Positions 1-8,289 of a DNA stretch of 32,000 nt are shown here, one piece after another (the first letter of the stretch is position 1; each line of letters starts with the position of its first letter). This stretch comes from Candidatus Methanophagaceae archaeon (GTDB taxonomy: Archaea > Halobacteriota > Syntropharchaeia > Alkanophagales > Methanospirareceae). Both the position numbers and the translations under genes were made by a program. The stretch covers positions 160,444-192,443 of the forward strand of contig PQXB01000001.1 in NCBI GenBank assembly GCA_003194425.1. Direction: 5' to 3'. The notes below the pieces were generated by a model, which saw only the letters and a list, made by a program, of their open reading frames with translations, did no database searches and was not told the DNA's origin.

Positions 1-228
1 GCCGATTGCGAAGCCCATCTTCTCGCCCTGTCTCTGCGCCAGCTCGCCCATCACGAACTCCACCTTCTCGTCCATCGCTGTCAACCTGCCCTGTAGTTTC
101 GTGTGCTCTGGCGGTGTAATCGCGACCGGAACCGCTAACTCCTTCAGCTCCTCCTCCAGCTTCTCCAGCACCTCTGTCTCTACTTCTTTCTCTATCTTCT
201 CCTCTCCTCCTTTTGATTTTTCGCTCAT
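1..228 (-). CDS. mtrG: tetrahydromethanopterin S-methyltransferase subunit G (C-terminus runs off the left window edge)
   Basis: My own reverse-strand translation from the ATG at 228-226 gives MSEKSKGGEEKIEKE...GRLTAMDEKVEFVMGELAQRQGEKMGFAIG. The KVEFV..ELAQR.G stretch and the position after mtrF fit MtrG. It is absent from the ORF track because the window truncates it. Confidence 0.7.
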   Translation of the reverse strand, partial: MSEKSKGGEEKIEKEVETEVLEKLEEELKELAVPVAITPPEHTKLQGRLTAMDEKVEFVMGELAQRQGEKMGFAIG

Positions 229-309
229 TTTCTCTTCCTCCTTTTCTTTCCTTGTCTCTCCTCTCCTTGTCTTTCTCCTTCCTTTCCTCGTCCTTCCCTT
301 CTCCTACTC

Positions 310-498
310 CTACATAATTCCAAGCCCGGCGAGAAGCAGACTCACGAAAATACCGATTGCCAGCCCTTTCACGAACCCGACCCAGAGACCTGCTGCGAAC
401 CGCGAGTCCCTACCGATCAGTGTTATGTTTTTTCTTAAGTCCTCAATTCTCGCGGTTAGGAGCGCTGTTTCCGGCGTCTGTTGAATTACTTTTGCCAT
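310..498 (-). CDS. mtrF: tetrahydromethanopterin S-methyltransferase subunit F
   Basis: 62 aa with an ATG start. The IEDLRKNITLIGRDSRFAAGL motif followed by one C-terminal TM helix is as in MtrF. The gene abuts the mtrA stop with 0 nt gap. Confidence 0.75.
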   Translation of the reverse strand: MAKVIQQTPETALLTARIEDLRKNITLIGRDSRFAAGLWVGFVKGLAIGIFVSLLLAGLGIM

Positions 499-1242
499 TT
501 AGACCACCCCCTGTAAGCCCCAGTAAATGAGTGGCAGAAGGAACACGACTGCGATTAGTAGCCCAGTAAAAAGCCCCAACGTAGCGTTCATCGAAATCCC
601 TGACGATAACTTCTGGTCTCTCGCGATTAACTGTGCCTTGTACTGAATGTCAGTCGCGGCGTGATTTATCACTTCCATATAAGGTGTGGCGGGCATTGCC
701 AAAGGCATCTCCAAGACTGCACCCAGCGCCTCCTCTTCGCCCACCTTCACAATCATCGGGTCTTCAGGAAAAGCACCAGGGTCCCTCGCTTTCAGCTCGT
801 TCACCTTCGCATTTATCGCACCGTAGTCCTCCACCCCGATCATATCGATTACTTCTACTTGGTTTCTGAACCGCTCGACCGCAGCGTCAGGTAGGTTCTC
901 AATGAACGGAATCGCACCTGTTGTGTCAATTATTTTACGGTTAGACGGGTCAATGCCGTTCTTCCAGAGTGCGAGCATCGAACCGCCGCTAATGTGCCCC
1001 GGAACCTCCGCTCCTGCGATGATGAGGAATCTGATGTTCGGATTTGAAATGATGTTTGTAATCATCTTCTCTAACCCGATGTTCTCTGTCTTGTCAGGTC
1101 CCTGAATCGCAATTCCTTGCAGGTTCTCGATGTGGAAGTACGAGCCTGTCGAGGAAATCGCGACGCAACTCTTCGGGTCGCCGACCTCGTAGTCACCTGT
1201 AACGAGCGGCCAACCATCTGGAACTTCTTTCTTCTCTACCAT
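499..1242 (-). CDS. mtrA: tetrahydromethanopterin S-methyltransferase subunit A (corrinoid-binding)
   Basis: 247 aa. The N-terminus (PDGWPLVTGDYEVGDP), NPNIRFLIIAGAEVPGHISG and a C-terminal TM anchor are typical of MtrA. The operon context agrees. Confidence 0.95.
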   Translation of the reverse strand: MVEKKEVPDGWPLVTGDYEVGDPKSCVAISSTGSYFHIENLQGIAIQGPDKTENIGLEKMITNIISNPNIRFLIIAGAEVPGHISGGSMLALWKNGIDPSNRKIIDTTGAIPFIENLPDAAVERFRNQVEVIDMIGVEDYGAINAKVNELKARDPGAFPEDPMIVKVGEEEALGAVLEMPLAMPATPYMEVINHAATDIQYKAQLIARDQKLSSGISMNATLGLFTGLLIAVVFLLPLIYWGLQGVV

Positions 1243-1245
1243 TTT

Positions 1246-1563
1246 TTATGCTCCTCCCACTTTCAGCCCTATTCCCAACTTGAACAACGCAAGCGTCACC
1301 GCCAGCACGCCAAAAATCACGCCGAAGACGAGCATCGTCACGAAGCCTGCGGTGTTCAACGCTCCTTCTCTGCGTGGCTGCGACATTACAAACCCGCTTG
1401 TAGGGTCAAGGCAGTTGAAGAGGTCGTCTACTGAAGTTTCCAATGCTGTTATCTGCTCCTCTATCGGTGCGAGGTTTACCTTGTAAAATCCTGGTCTTGC
1501 CACACCCACGGTAAGCGAGTCAGGATCCAGAACCACACCAAATTTCTCATTTATTACCAACAT
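1246..1563 (-). CDS. mtrB: tetrahydromethanopterin S-methyltransferase subunit B
   Basis: 105 aa. EEQITALETSVDDLFNCLDP followed by a C-terminal TM helix is MtrB-like. The stop lies 3 nt before the mtrA ATG. Confidence 0.9.
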   Translation of the reverse strand: MLVINEKFGVVLDPDSLTVGVARPGFYKVNLAPIEEQITALETSVDDLFNCLDPTSGFVMSQPRREGALNTAGFVTMLVFGVIFGVLAVTLALFKLGIGLKVGGA

Positions 1564-1678
1564 TTTCCTTCTTCTCTCTCCCTCCTCTCTTCTCCTTTTT
1601 CCCTCCTCTTCTCTACTCCTTCATCCTCTCTTCTCATCTTCAATTTCATTTCTTCCCTCCCCTTTTCTCTCCTGTCTC

Positions 1679-2545
1679 CTACTCGATCGTCTTGATCATC
1701 CCTGTACCTACTGTCGAGTACGCTTCCTCAAAGCACATTCTCACGAACTTCACGAAGCAGACCAACCACACGACCGCGCCGAAAATCACTAAAAGCACTC
1801 CGTCTACTACTCCACTAACGCCCCAGGTCGTAGTCGCGACCGCTGCCACCACAATTCCGAGAATTACGCAGAGCAGCCCTGAAACCTCAACCGAGACAAT
1901 CATCGTTCGCGGTCTTCGCTCGTCAGGACCGAGGCAGGCGTTGTACGGGTGAAACATTGCCATACAAGAGAGAATGAACATCACTGCGATGAGCCCGTTG
2001 CTAATTGCCTTGTCCAGCACTACATCAAAGTTCAGCGAGCCTGCCACGATTGAGAATTGAAGCAGCATCGCGATCGTCCCCGCCATTCCAAGTTCCGTCA
2101 TCCCCTGCTCCAATTTCGGAATCTTCATTCCGATTATCTTCTCGTGGTTCGAGAGCACGCCCGAGACCAGTCCGACAACGCCCATCAGCAGAACGCCGCC
2201 TAACGCCGCCGCTGGGGCAAGCACCGAGTCTCCGACCTTACTAACGACCTTGCTAACTAACGCGATTCCAACTAACGCCCCTACAATGCCGTAGCCCATT
2301 GCCAGCACGCCGATTGACGGAACGCCGGTTCCCAGCCCGTATTTAGAAGTCTTCCGCACGGAATCCATTCCCCAGACAAGAGCCAAAATCAAGCCCACCG
2401 CTTTTATCACTGCGGGCAGCCCTGGAAAAATCAGAATCACCGCCGAAATCACCCCTGCAATTATTCCCAACTGCTTTACATCGGGCGGAATTGTGAACCC
2501 CTCCGCCTTTTCTTCTTCTACTACCGGTCCTCCTCCGACTGTCAT
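1679..2545 (-). CDS. mtrC: tetrahydromethanopterin S-methyltransferase subunit C (polytopic membrane)
   Basis: 288 aa, glycine- and hydrophobic-rich polytopic protein, located between mtrD and mtrB in the canonical mtrEDCBAFGH order. Confidence 0.85.
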   Translation of the reverse strand: MTVGGGPVVEEEKAEGFTIPPDVKQLGIIAGVISAVILIFPGLPAVIKAVGLILALVWGMDSVRKTSKYGLGTGVPSIGVLAMGYGIVGALVGIALVSKVVSKVGDSVLAPAAALGGVLLMGVVGLVSGVLSNHEKIIGMKIPKLEQGMTELGMAGTIAMLLQFSIVAGSLNFDVVLDKAISNGLIAVMFILSCMAMFHPYNACLGPDERRPRTMIVSVEVSGLLCVILGIVVAAVATTTWGVSGVVDGVLLVIFGAVVWLVCFVKFVRMCFEEAYSTVGTGMIKTIE

Positions 2546-2546
2546 T

Positions 2547-3239
2547 TTATCCCGTCAGCCCTCCTAAATTCACTACCAGCACTACAAGAACGCCGCACAA
2601 GAGCGAAATAACGCCGCACGAAACTAGCGCCTTCGGCAGTCGCTTGAACTTCGGGTCTTGGAAGCCTTCGATCGTGCCGCCGATGTTGTAGGCTGCGATG
2701 ATCGCGTTTGCCACGAAGATTCCCATCGCCGCTATTCCTGCCATCGTCTCCTCGAAGTGCGCGTAGTTGAGCAGACCGAAGTACATAATTGCACCCCCGA
2801 AACCGCCTAACAACGCACCCACCATTCCCGAAATGTAGCTCACATTTGGCACCCCGTGCCCGTCGCACTGCGGTGTCTTGTAGGCTTTCTGCGGTTCTTT
2901 CGTTATCGGGTCTACATCCACTCTGCCCGAGACGGGAACGATGCCGGTTCCGAAGACATAAATCACATTCGCTACGAGCATCGTGACGCCCATCATCAGC
3001 CACGAGCCGACGCTGCCCGAGAGCGAGACAAGCAGAATATTATCGCTGAATGTCGCGACCGAAGACGCCGTAAAAAGACCGCACATCGCCGCGCCGAACA
3101 TTAGCATCACCGTTCCCGTTGCTACTCCTGTCGCTGTTCCCATCGCTGCTGGCGCTCCTCCTACAGGCAGCAGGTGAACGCCGAGACTCGCTAACACTCC
3201 CCCCAATATCACACAAACCAATATCAAAATTGGGTCCAT
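2547..3239 (-). CDS. mtrD: tetrahydromethanopterin S-methyltransferase subunit D
   Basis: 230 aa. The N-terminus MDPILI...HLLPVGGAPAAMGTATGVATGT matches the conserved MtrD N-terminus. There is a 1-nt gap to mtrC. Confidence 0.9.
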   Translation of the reverse strand: MDPILILVCVILGGVLASLGVHLLPVGGAPAAMGTATGVATGTVMLMFGAAMCGLFTASSVATFSDNILLVSLSGSVGSWLMMGVTMLVANVIYVFGTGIVPVSGRVDVDPITKEPQKAYKTPQCDGHGVPNVSYISGMVGALLGGFGGAIMYFGLLNYAHFEETMAGIAAMGIFVANAIIAAYNIGGTIEGFQDPKFKRLPKALVSCGVISLLCGVLVVLVVNLGGLTG

Positions 3240-3309
3240 TTTTCTCGCTCACTTCCTCTCCTTTCTCTCTTCCTCTCCTTTCTCTCTTCTCTCTTTTTCA
3301 TCTTTCATC

Positions 3310-4260
3310 TTACTCTCCTACAAAAGTCCCGTACCTCTTTCTCGCCCATCTCACCAGGACTAAATTCCCGACTATCATCGCTACTCCAATCACCAGTCCA
3401 ACTACGATTCCGATTACCGCTGCAGAGTCTCCAGCTGCGGCTTCTAAGTTCGGCAAATACCTTGCAACCTGCATCCCAACGAGCGTCCTCCAATTCTCGA
3501 AGAGAATTATCACGCCGAAGGTCAGTCCAGTGCAGGGACCGCCGAACTTCGCACAAAACGCCGCAATGTCCTTCTGTGTCCGCACGCCGCAGTCAGCGTA
3601 GCGCGTTATTTTGCCGTGGTAGACTACCCGCTTGCCCTCACCGAAAGGTCTGTCCTGGAACTCTCGCTCGGTGCCGTAGTGAATATCGCCTGTAGACGAC
3701 CCGATTGCCCCGACTGTGATGCCCCAAATAAAAGCGAGCATCGGCAGAGCGAAGGGGTGGTCCAAACCGGGATTTCCCGAGAGCGTCCCAAGATTGCTCT
3801 GAATGTATGCTATCGCCGTAATGCAGAGTGTTGCCATAAATCCATGCGTTGCGATTGGCATTATGTGCCCGTACAAGACATCGAGGTAAATCGGTTGCTC
3901 GAATCGTTTCTGTGCCGTCGTCCTGCCCACGTGCGCCGTTACCGAAAAAATCACATGAACTGCTTCGCCGACCACTGCCCCGATGGGAATCGCGATAATC
4001 GGGTGCGCCCCTTTGGAGAGCAGCACCCACGCGATAACGCCCGCTACGGTGCAGTAGAGTGCGTAGGCCGGTGCCTCACCAGAAATCGCCTTGTTGAAGA
4101 ACCGATGCACTTGTCCTACTTGTGGTGCCAGTTGCACTTGCGAGTTCGGATTGCTCTGTGACCCAACATCAGACTCGAGGTCCTCAAACATGCACGCTAC
4201 CAATGCCAAAAAAACTATCAGCAACATCCACGCAAACAGCATTGCTATTTCTATTGGCAT
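3310..4260 (-). CDS. mtrE: tetrahydromethanopterin S-methyltransferase subunit E
   Basis: 316 aa. EDLESDVGSQSNPNSQVQLAPQ, FNKAISGE, IWGITVGAIGSSTGDIHYG and CAKFGGP are hallmark MtrE motifs. Confidence 0.92.
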   Translation of the reverse strand: MPIEIAMLFAWMLLIVFLALVACMFEDLESDVGSQSNPNSQVQLAPQVGQVHRFFNKAISGEAPAYALYCTVAGVIAWVLLSKGAHPIIAIPIGAVVGEAVHVIFSVTAHVGRTTAQKRFEQPIYLDVLYGHIMPIATHGFMATLCITAIAYIQSNLGTLSGNPGLDHPFALPMLAFIWGITVGAIGSSTGDIHYGTEREFQDRPFGEGKRVVYHGKITRYADCGVRTQKDIAAFCAKFGGPCTGLTFGVIILFENWRTLVGMQVARYLPNLEAAAGDSAAVIGIVVGLVIGVAMIVGNLVLVRWARKRYGTFVGE

Positions 4261-4282
4261 AACGAAAAATATAGGGACGCCT

Positions 4283-4290
4283 CTTTAAAA
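4283..4290 (-). promoter_or_regulatory. candidate TATA box (TTTTAAAG on the minus strand) for the mtr operon
   Basis: The A/T element lies 23-30 nt upstream of the mtrE ATG (4260). This geometry fits a leaderless or very short-leader archaeal transcript. Confidence 0.3.
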
Positions 4291-4311
4291 GGTTTTCTAT
4301 TTTTTTACGCT

Positions 4312-5808
4312 TCAAACTTCCAAGCCCTCCAGAATCTCTGCGAATTTCCTGTCCGCGTTCCTCTTTTTCAGCTTTGCGAGCTTCACAATCTCGCTCTTGT
4401 CCACTCCAAATTCTCCCCCGCGAACGAACTCGGTCGCGTCCAAAAGCCGCTTCCCCACCCGAGACCGCACGACAACCGTCGAAAAGCCGTCTGGACTCCC
4501 GACCGAGCCGACCGAGATGTCTGCGAGCCGCGAGACGAAGTCGTCGCAGTAGGGACAGCCCTCCCGCACAACTCCCTCCAACTCCCGCACGTCGCAGGAA
4601 AAAACCTCTCCGTCCGCTGCGGTGACGATGAACTTCCCTTTTGTAATTTGCGTCTTCTCTGCGCGGTCGAGGTCAACGCCGAACCGCCGCCTCGTCTCCT
4701 CCTTCAGACCCTCGTAGTCAAAACTCTCAAGGCAGAACAAGCCCAGCACCGTGATTTCTGCCCCCGGGAATTCTCGTTCCAATTTCCGTACCGCTCTGAC
4801 CTCGCAGGGCGTTCCTACGACCGCAAGTCGCCTCTTGCTCTTGCTCTTACCCCCCTTTTCTTCCTCTTCCAACGCTCCTTCTTTCAACGCAGCCGCAATC
4901 TTTGAAACCATCGGGACACGCAGGTATTTCGTCCCGCTCGCGCTTCTCACCCCTGCCGCGTCCTCAACCACGACCGCCTCTGCCTTGTAGCCCTCTCCCC
5001 GCTGCACCACGACCGCGCTGTCAAAAAAACCGTTCTCCAGCCCTGCGACGAGCAGAGCCGAGACCATTCCTCCGTCCTGCCCTTGCACAACTGAACTCTT
5101 AGCCGCGACCAAATCGCTGTAAACGCCCAGTGCCTCGTCTCGCTTACTCCCTGCCCCTAAATCCAAGAACCTGTTTTCAATTTCCCGCTCGTCCTCCGCG
5201 GTCGTCGGAAAAATATTCTTCGCCAATTTTATCGCTTCTGTGGGGCAGACGAGAGCACACGAGCCACAACCCACGCAGTCGTCGGAGGGCTCTTTGTACG
5301 GCGTGCCGACCTCCCGCTCCACGCCACGACCCAGAACATTTATCGCCGAGACGCCGACCAACTCCTCGCAGACCCGCGTGCACAACCCGCAGAGAATGCA
5401 GTGCTCCTCTGCTTCGTCCTTTTTCGCTGCCAACTCCAGCCTGAATCTCGGCTTCCCCTCTCCCTCTCTCACCCCGTACTCCCTCGCCAGACTTTGAATT
5501 CTGCCCTCCCCAGGACACCTCGCGAGCAGCAGTTCCAGGAGCATTTTCCTTACTTCGACGACCTCTGGAGATTTGGTCTTTACCACCAGCCCCTCCTCGG
5601 CAGGGTAGTTGCAGGCGGTGACAATTTTCTTCCTGCCTCTCCCTCCTCGCCACTCAATCTCAACCGAGCAGAGCCGACAAGCGCCAAACGGCTCCAACGC
5701 GGGGTGGTAGCACAAAGTCGGAATTTCAATGCCAACGCTTCTCGCCGCGTCCAATAAGGTAGCTCCTTCCTCTATTTCCACTACCTCCCCGTCAATTTCT
5801 AATTTCAT
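4312..5808 (-). CDS. fusion protein: N-terminal NuoG/HydA-type [2Fe-2S] plus 2x[4Fe-4S] ferredoxin domains, C-terminal FrhB/FdhB-type F420-binding domain
   Basis: 498 aa. The N-terminus MKLEIDGEVVEIEEGATLLDAARSVGIEIPTLCYHP...GACRLC resembles the 2Fe-2S domain of NuoG/HydA. It is followed by CILCGLCTRVCEE and CVGCGSCALVCP. The C-terminal half has GQDGGMVSALL, VVGTPCEVRAVRKL, LGLFCLESF and CPYCDDF..LADISVGSVG, as in the FrhB_FdhB N and C domains. The ATG overlaps the upstream stop (ATGA). Confidence 0.8.
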   Translation of the reverse strand: MKLEIDGEVVEIEEGATLLDAARSVGIEIPTLCYHPALEPFGACRLCSVEIEWRGGRGRKKIVTACNYPAEEGLVVKTKSPEVVEVRKMLLELLLARCPGEGRIQSLAREYGVREGEGKPRFRLELAAKKDEAEEHCILCGLCTRVCEELVGVSAINVLGRGVEREVGTPYKEPSDDCVGCGSCALVCPTEAIKLAKNIFPTTAEDEREIENRFLDLGAGSKRDEALGVYSDLVAAKSSVVQGQDGGMVSALLVAGLENGFFDSAVVVQRGEGYKAEAVVVEDAAGVRSASGTKYLRVPMVSKIAAALKEGALEEEEKGGKSKSKRRLAVVGTPCEVRAVRKLEREFPGAEITVLGLFCLESFDYEGLKEETRRRFGVDLDRAEKTQITKGKFIVTAADGEVFSCDVRELEGVVREGCPYCDDFVSRLADISVGSVGSPDGFSTVVVRSRVGKRLLDATEFVRGGEFGVDKSEIVKLAKLKKRNADRKFAEILEGLEV

Positions 5809-7757
5809 CTTCTTCTCTCACCTCCACTCCGCACCTTTCTCCTTTCTATTTCCCGCTCCGCTTCAGGCACCGGCGGAGGAACCGGCACGCCAGAAATCTT
5901 CTTCACCGCCCTCACCTTCGGCGGACAAACATCAAAACAAATCCCGCACTTTACGCACTTACTCTGGTCAATTACGTGCACTTTTTTCTTCCCGCCCGAA
6001 ATCGCACCCTCAGGGCAGTTCTTCAGGCAAAGCAGACAAGCAACGCACTTCTCCGGCTCGATGTAGTACGAAATCAAGTCCTTACAAAACAACGCAGGAC
6101 ATCTCTTCTCCGCGATGTGCGCCTCGTACTCGTCCCTAAAGTAGCGGAGCGTGCTCAAGACCGGGTTCGCCGCGGTCGTCCCCAGAGCGCAGAGTGACGC
6201 CTTTTTCATCACCTCTCCAATCTCCTCGAGCATTTCAATGTCGCCCTCCTTCCCCCTACCCGCCACGACACCCTCCAAAATCTCTCGCATTCTCCTCAAA
6301 CCCTCTCGGCACGGCACGCACTTGCCACACGACTCGTCGCAGAGGAAATCCACGAAGTAGCGCGCCAAATCCACGATGCACGTCTCCTCGTCGATCACGA
6401 TCATTCCGCCCGAGCCCATCATCGAGCCCAGCCTCGTGAGTTCGTCAAAATCAACGGGTGTGTCGAGGAACTGCTCTGGAATTATTCCGCCTGAGGGACC
6501 GCCGGTCTGGACGCTTTTGAACCGTTTTCCGCCGCGAATCCCTCCCCCGATTTTGTAAATAATTTCACGCAGCGTCGTCCCCATCGGGACCTCCACCAAG
6601 CCCGTGTTGTTCACTGTGCCGACGAGCGAGAAGATTTTCGTGCCCTTGCTGCCCTCGGTTCCGATTGAGTTGAACCAGTCCGCGCCTTTGGCGATGATTA
6701 GCGGCACGTTCGCCCAGGTCTCGACATTGTTGAGGTTGCTCGGTTTGTCCCAGACGCCGCTCTCGGAGGTGTGGATGTATTTTGGTCGTGGTTCGCCGAC
6801 TTTTCCCTCGATCGCATTCATCAAGGCACTGGACTCACCGGAGACGAAGGCACCCGCACCCCTGTGCACTTTCACATCGAAATTGAAGCCCGAGCCCAGA
6901 ATATTCTCGCCAAGAAATCCGTACTCCTTCGCCTGCTCGATAGCGACCCCCAGATTTGCGATCGCGATTGGGTATTCCTGTCGCACGTAAACGAAGCCCT
7001 GGTGAGAGCCGATTGCGTAAGCGCCGATTGTCAGCCCCTCGAGGACGCGGTGCGGGTTGCCCTCCATAATTGACCTGTCCATATAAGCACCCGGGTCGCC
7101 CTCGTCGCAGTTTACGATTACATATTTTGGTTCTCCTGCTGCGTTCCGAGTGGTTTCCCACTTCCTGCCAGCGGGAAACCCGCCGCCACCCCTGCCTCGC
7201 AAATTCGCTCTCTTCACCTCTTCCAGCACCTCCTCGGGCGTCTTCTCCTCCAACACCTTCGCTAACGCCTTGTAGCCGCCGAGAGCGAGGTAGTCCTCGA
7301 TTTTCGTCGGGTCGATCCAGAGGTTTCCCTTGAAGACGAGGCGGGTCTGGTGCTTGTAGAACGGAATGTCCTGCTCGTGAACGCTTCGTTCGCCGGTGCT
7401 GGGCTCGGCGTAAAGCAGCCGCTCAATAATCCGCTTCCCTTTTATCGTCTCTGAAACAATTTCCGGCACGTCCTCGGGCGTTACTCCAAGGTAGCAAATC
7501 TCCTCAGGATAAATCACAAGAATCGGACCACGCTCGCAGAACCCGTGGCAGCCCGTCCTCCGAACGCCCACCTGCTCAGTCAGACCTTGCTTCTCCAACT
7601 CCTCCTGAATCGCAGCAGCAACCGCGTCGCTGCCCGTCGCGTGGCACGCCGTCCCAGAGCAGAGCGTGATGAACGGCTTGTTCAAGTCCCGCCCTGCCAC
7701 AATCTTTCTTCTCAACTCCCTCAATTCTTGCCCTGAGTTTAGTCTCGTTCTTGGCAT
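5805..7757 (-). CDS. NuoF/HydB-type flavoprotein subunit (NAD(P)H-binding, FMN, multiple Fe-S clusters)
   Basis: 650 aa. It has an N-terminal thioredoxin-like 2Fe-2S region (CSGTAC...GCHGFCERGP), RGRGGGGFPAGRKWE (FMN/NADH site), CGKCVPCREG (N3-type 4Fe-4S) and a C-terminal 2x4Fe-4S region (CVACLLCLKNCP, CVKCGICFDVCP). Confidence 0.9.
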   Translation of the reverse strand: MPRTRLNSGQELRELRRKIVAGRDLNKPFITLCSGTACHATGSDAVAAAIQEELEKQGLTEQVGVRRTGCHGFCERGPILVIYPEEICYLGVTPEDVPEIVSETIKGKRIIERLLYAEPSTGERSVHEQDIPFYKHQTRLVFKGNLWIDPTKIEDYLALGGYKALAKVLEEKTPEEVLEEVKRANLRGRGGGGFPAGRKWETTRNAAGEPKYVIVNCDEGDPGAYMDRSIMEGNPHRVLEGLTIGAYAIGSHQGFVYVRQEYPIAIANLGVAIEQAKEYGFLGENILGSGFNFDVKVHRGAGAFVSGESSALMNAIEGKVGEPRPKYIHTSESGVWDKPSNLNNVETWANVPLIIAKGADWFNSIGTEGSKGTKIFSLVGTVNNTGLVEVPMGTTLREIIYKIGGGIRGGKRFKSVQTGGPSGGIIPEQFLDTPVDFDELTRLGSMMGSGGMIVIDEETCIVDLARYFVDFLCDESCGKCVPCREGLRRMREILEGVVAGRGKEGDIEMLEEIGEVMKKASLCALGTTAANPVLSTLRYFRDEYEAHIAEKRCPALFCKDLISYYIEPEKCVACLLCLKNCPEGAISGGKKKVHVIDQSKCVKCGICFDVCPPKVRAVKKISGVPVPPPVPEAEREIERRKVRSGGERRR

Positions 7758-7764
7758 TTTTCAC

Positions 7765-8256
7765 CTACGCGTACTTTTCTAAAATCCCCGCTACCATCGC
7801 GGGCGTAATCTTGCCGTGGTAATTCCCGTCAACCACCACCACCGGTCCCATCGCACAGCAGCCCAGACAATTCACCCGCCGCAGACTAAACCGCCTGTCC
7901 AGCGTCGTCTCGCCCTCTTTTATCCTCAGCCGCTCCTCCAGCCTGTCCAGAATCTTCGGCGCACCACGAACCTGACAGGCAGTGCCAAGACAAACCTGCA
8001 CCGTGTGGCGACCCGCCGGAGTCAGGCTCATCGCTTCATAAAAACTCGCCACGCGGTAGATTTTGCTCTTTGGAACTCGCAACCGCTCGCTTATTCGTGC
8101 AATCGCCTCTCTTGGAATCCAGTTGAACTCGCTCTGAATGTCCAGCAGTAACTGAATCAAAAACCCCTCCTCGCCCCGCTCCTTGTAGCCCTCAATTATT
8201 TCCTCCACCCTCTCCAACCCTGTTTCCAACTCGGTTTTCAAGTTTGTTTTTCCCAT
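7765..8256 (-). CDS. NuoE/HydC-type thioredoxin-like [2Fe-2S] subunit
   Basis: Homology starts at the internal ATG (MGKTNLKTELE...). Motifs are QLLLDIQSEFNWIP, VCLGTACQVRGA and VNCLGCCAMGPVVVVDG. The 5' extension of the track ORF (to 8607) overlaps queE and is rejected. Confidence 0.85.
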   Translation of the reverse strand: MGKTNLKTELETGLERVEEIIEGYKERGEEGFLIQLLLDIQSEFNWIPREAIARISERLRVPKSKIYRVASFYEAMSLTPAGRHTVQVCLGTACQVRGAPKILDRLEERLRIKEGETTLDRRFSLRRVNCLGCCAMGPVVVVDGNYHGKITPAMVAGILEKYA

Positions 8257-8281
8257 TTGTTTAAATGAGTGTTTGGAACAG

Positions 8282-8289
8282 TTTATAAA
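8282..8289. promoter_or_regulatory. palindromic TATA element TTTATAAA in the divergent nuoE-like/queE intergenic region
   Basis: Perfectly self-complementary octamer. It lies 26-33 nt from the nuoE-like ATG (8256), which fits a leaderless transcript, and 64 nt upstream of the queE ATG (8353). Confidence 0.35.

Noticed and set aside
101-484. 127-aa plus-strand ORF, and many similar long ORFs antisense to mtr, nuoF-like, FrhB-fusion and CdhA-like genes (for example 3119-3601, 5177-5653, 24286-24954).
   Set aside because: These are shadow ORFs, typical of GC-rich sequence. Their translations are low-complexity S/P/R-rich, and each fully overlaps a gene with clear family motifs on the other strand.
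1564-1678. Small GA-encoded ORF (MKLKMRREDEGVEKRREKGEERRERKEGKCW) within the mtrC/mtrB spacer.
   Set aside because: It is purely low-complexity sequence produced by the polypurine tract, and it overlaps the mtrB start out of frame. There is no reason to think it is translated.
7666-7734. GTGATGA ... CTGA pair about 60 nt apart on the plus strand, considered as a C/D box sRNA antisense to the nuoF-like gene.
   Set aside because: There are no internal C' or D' boxes and no terminal stem. It lies wholly inside a well-supported CDS, and a chance occurrence is likely.
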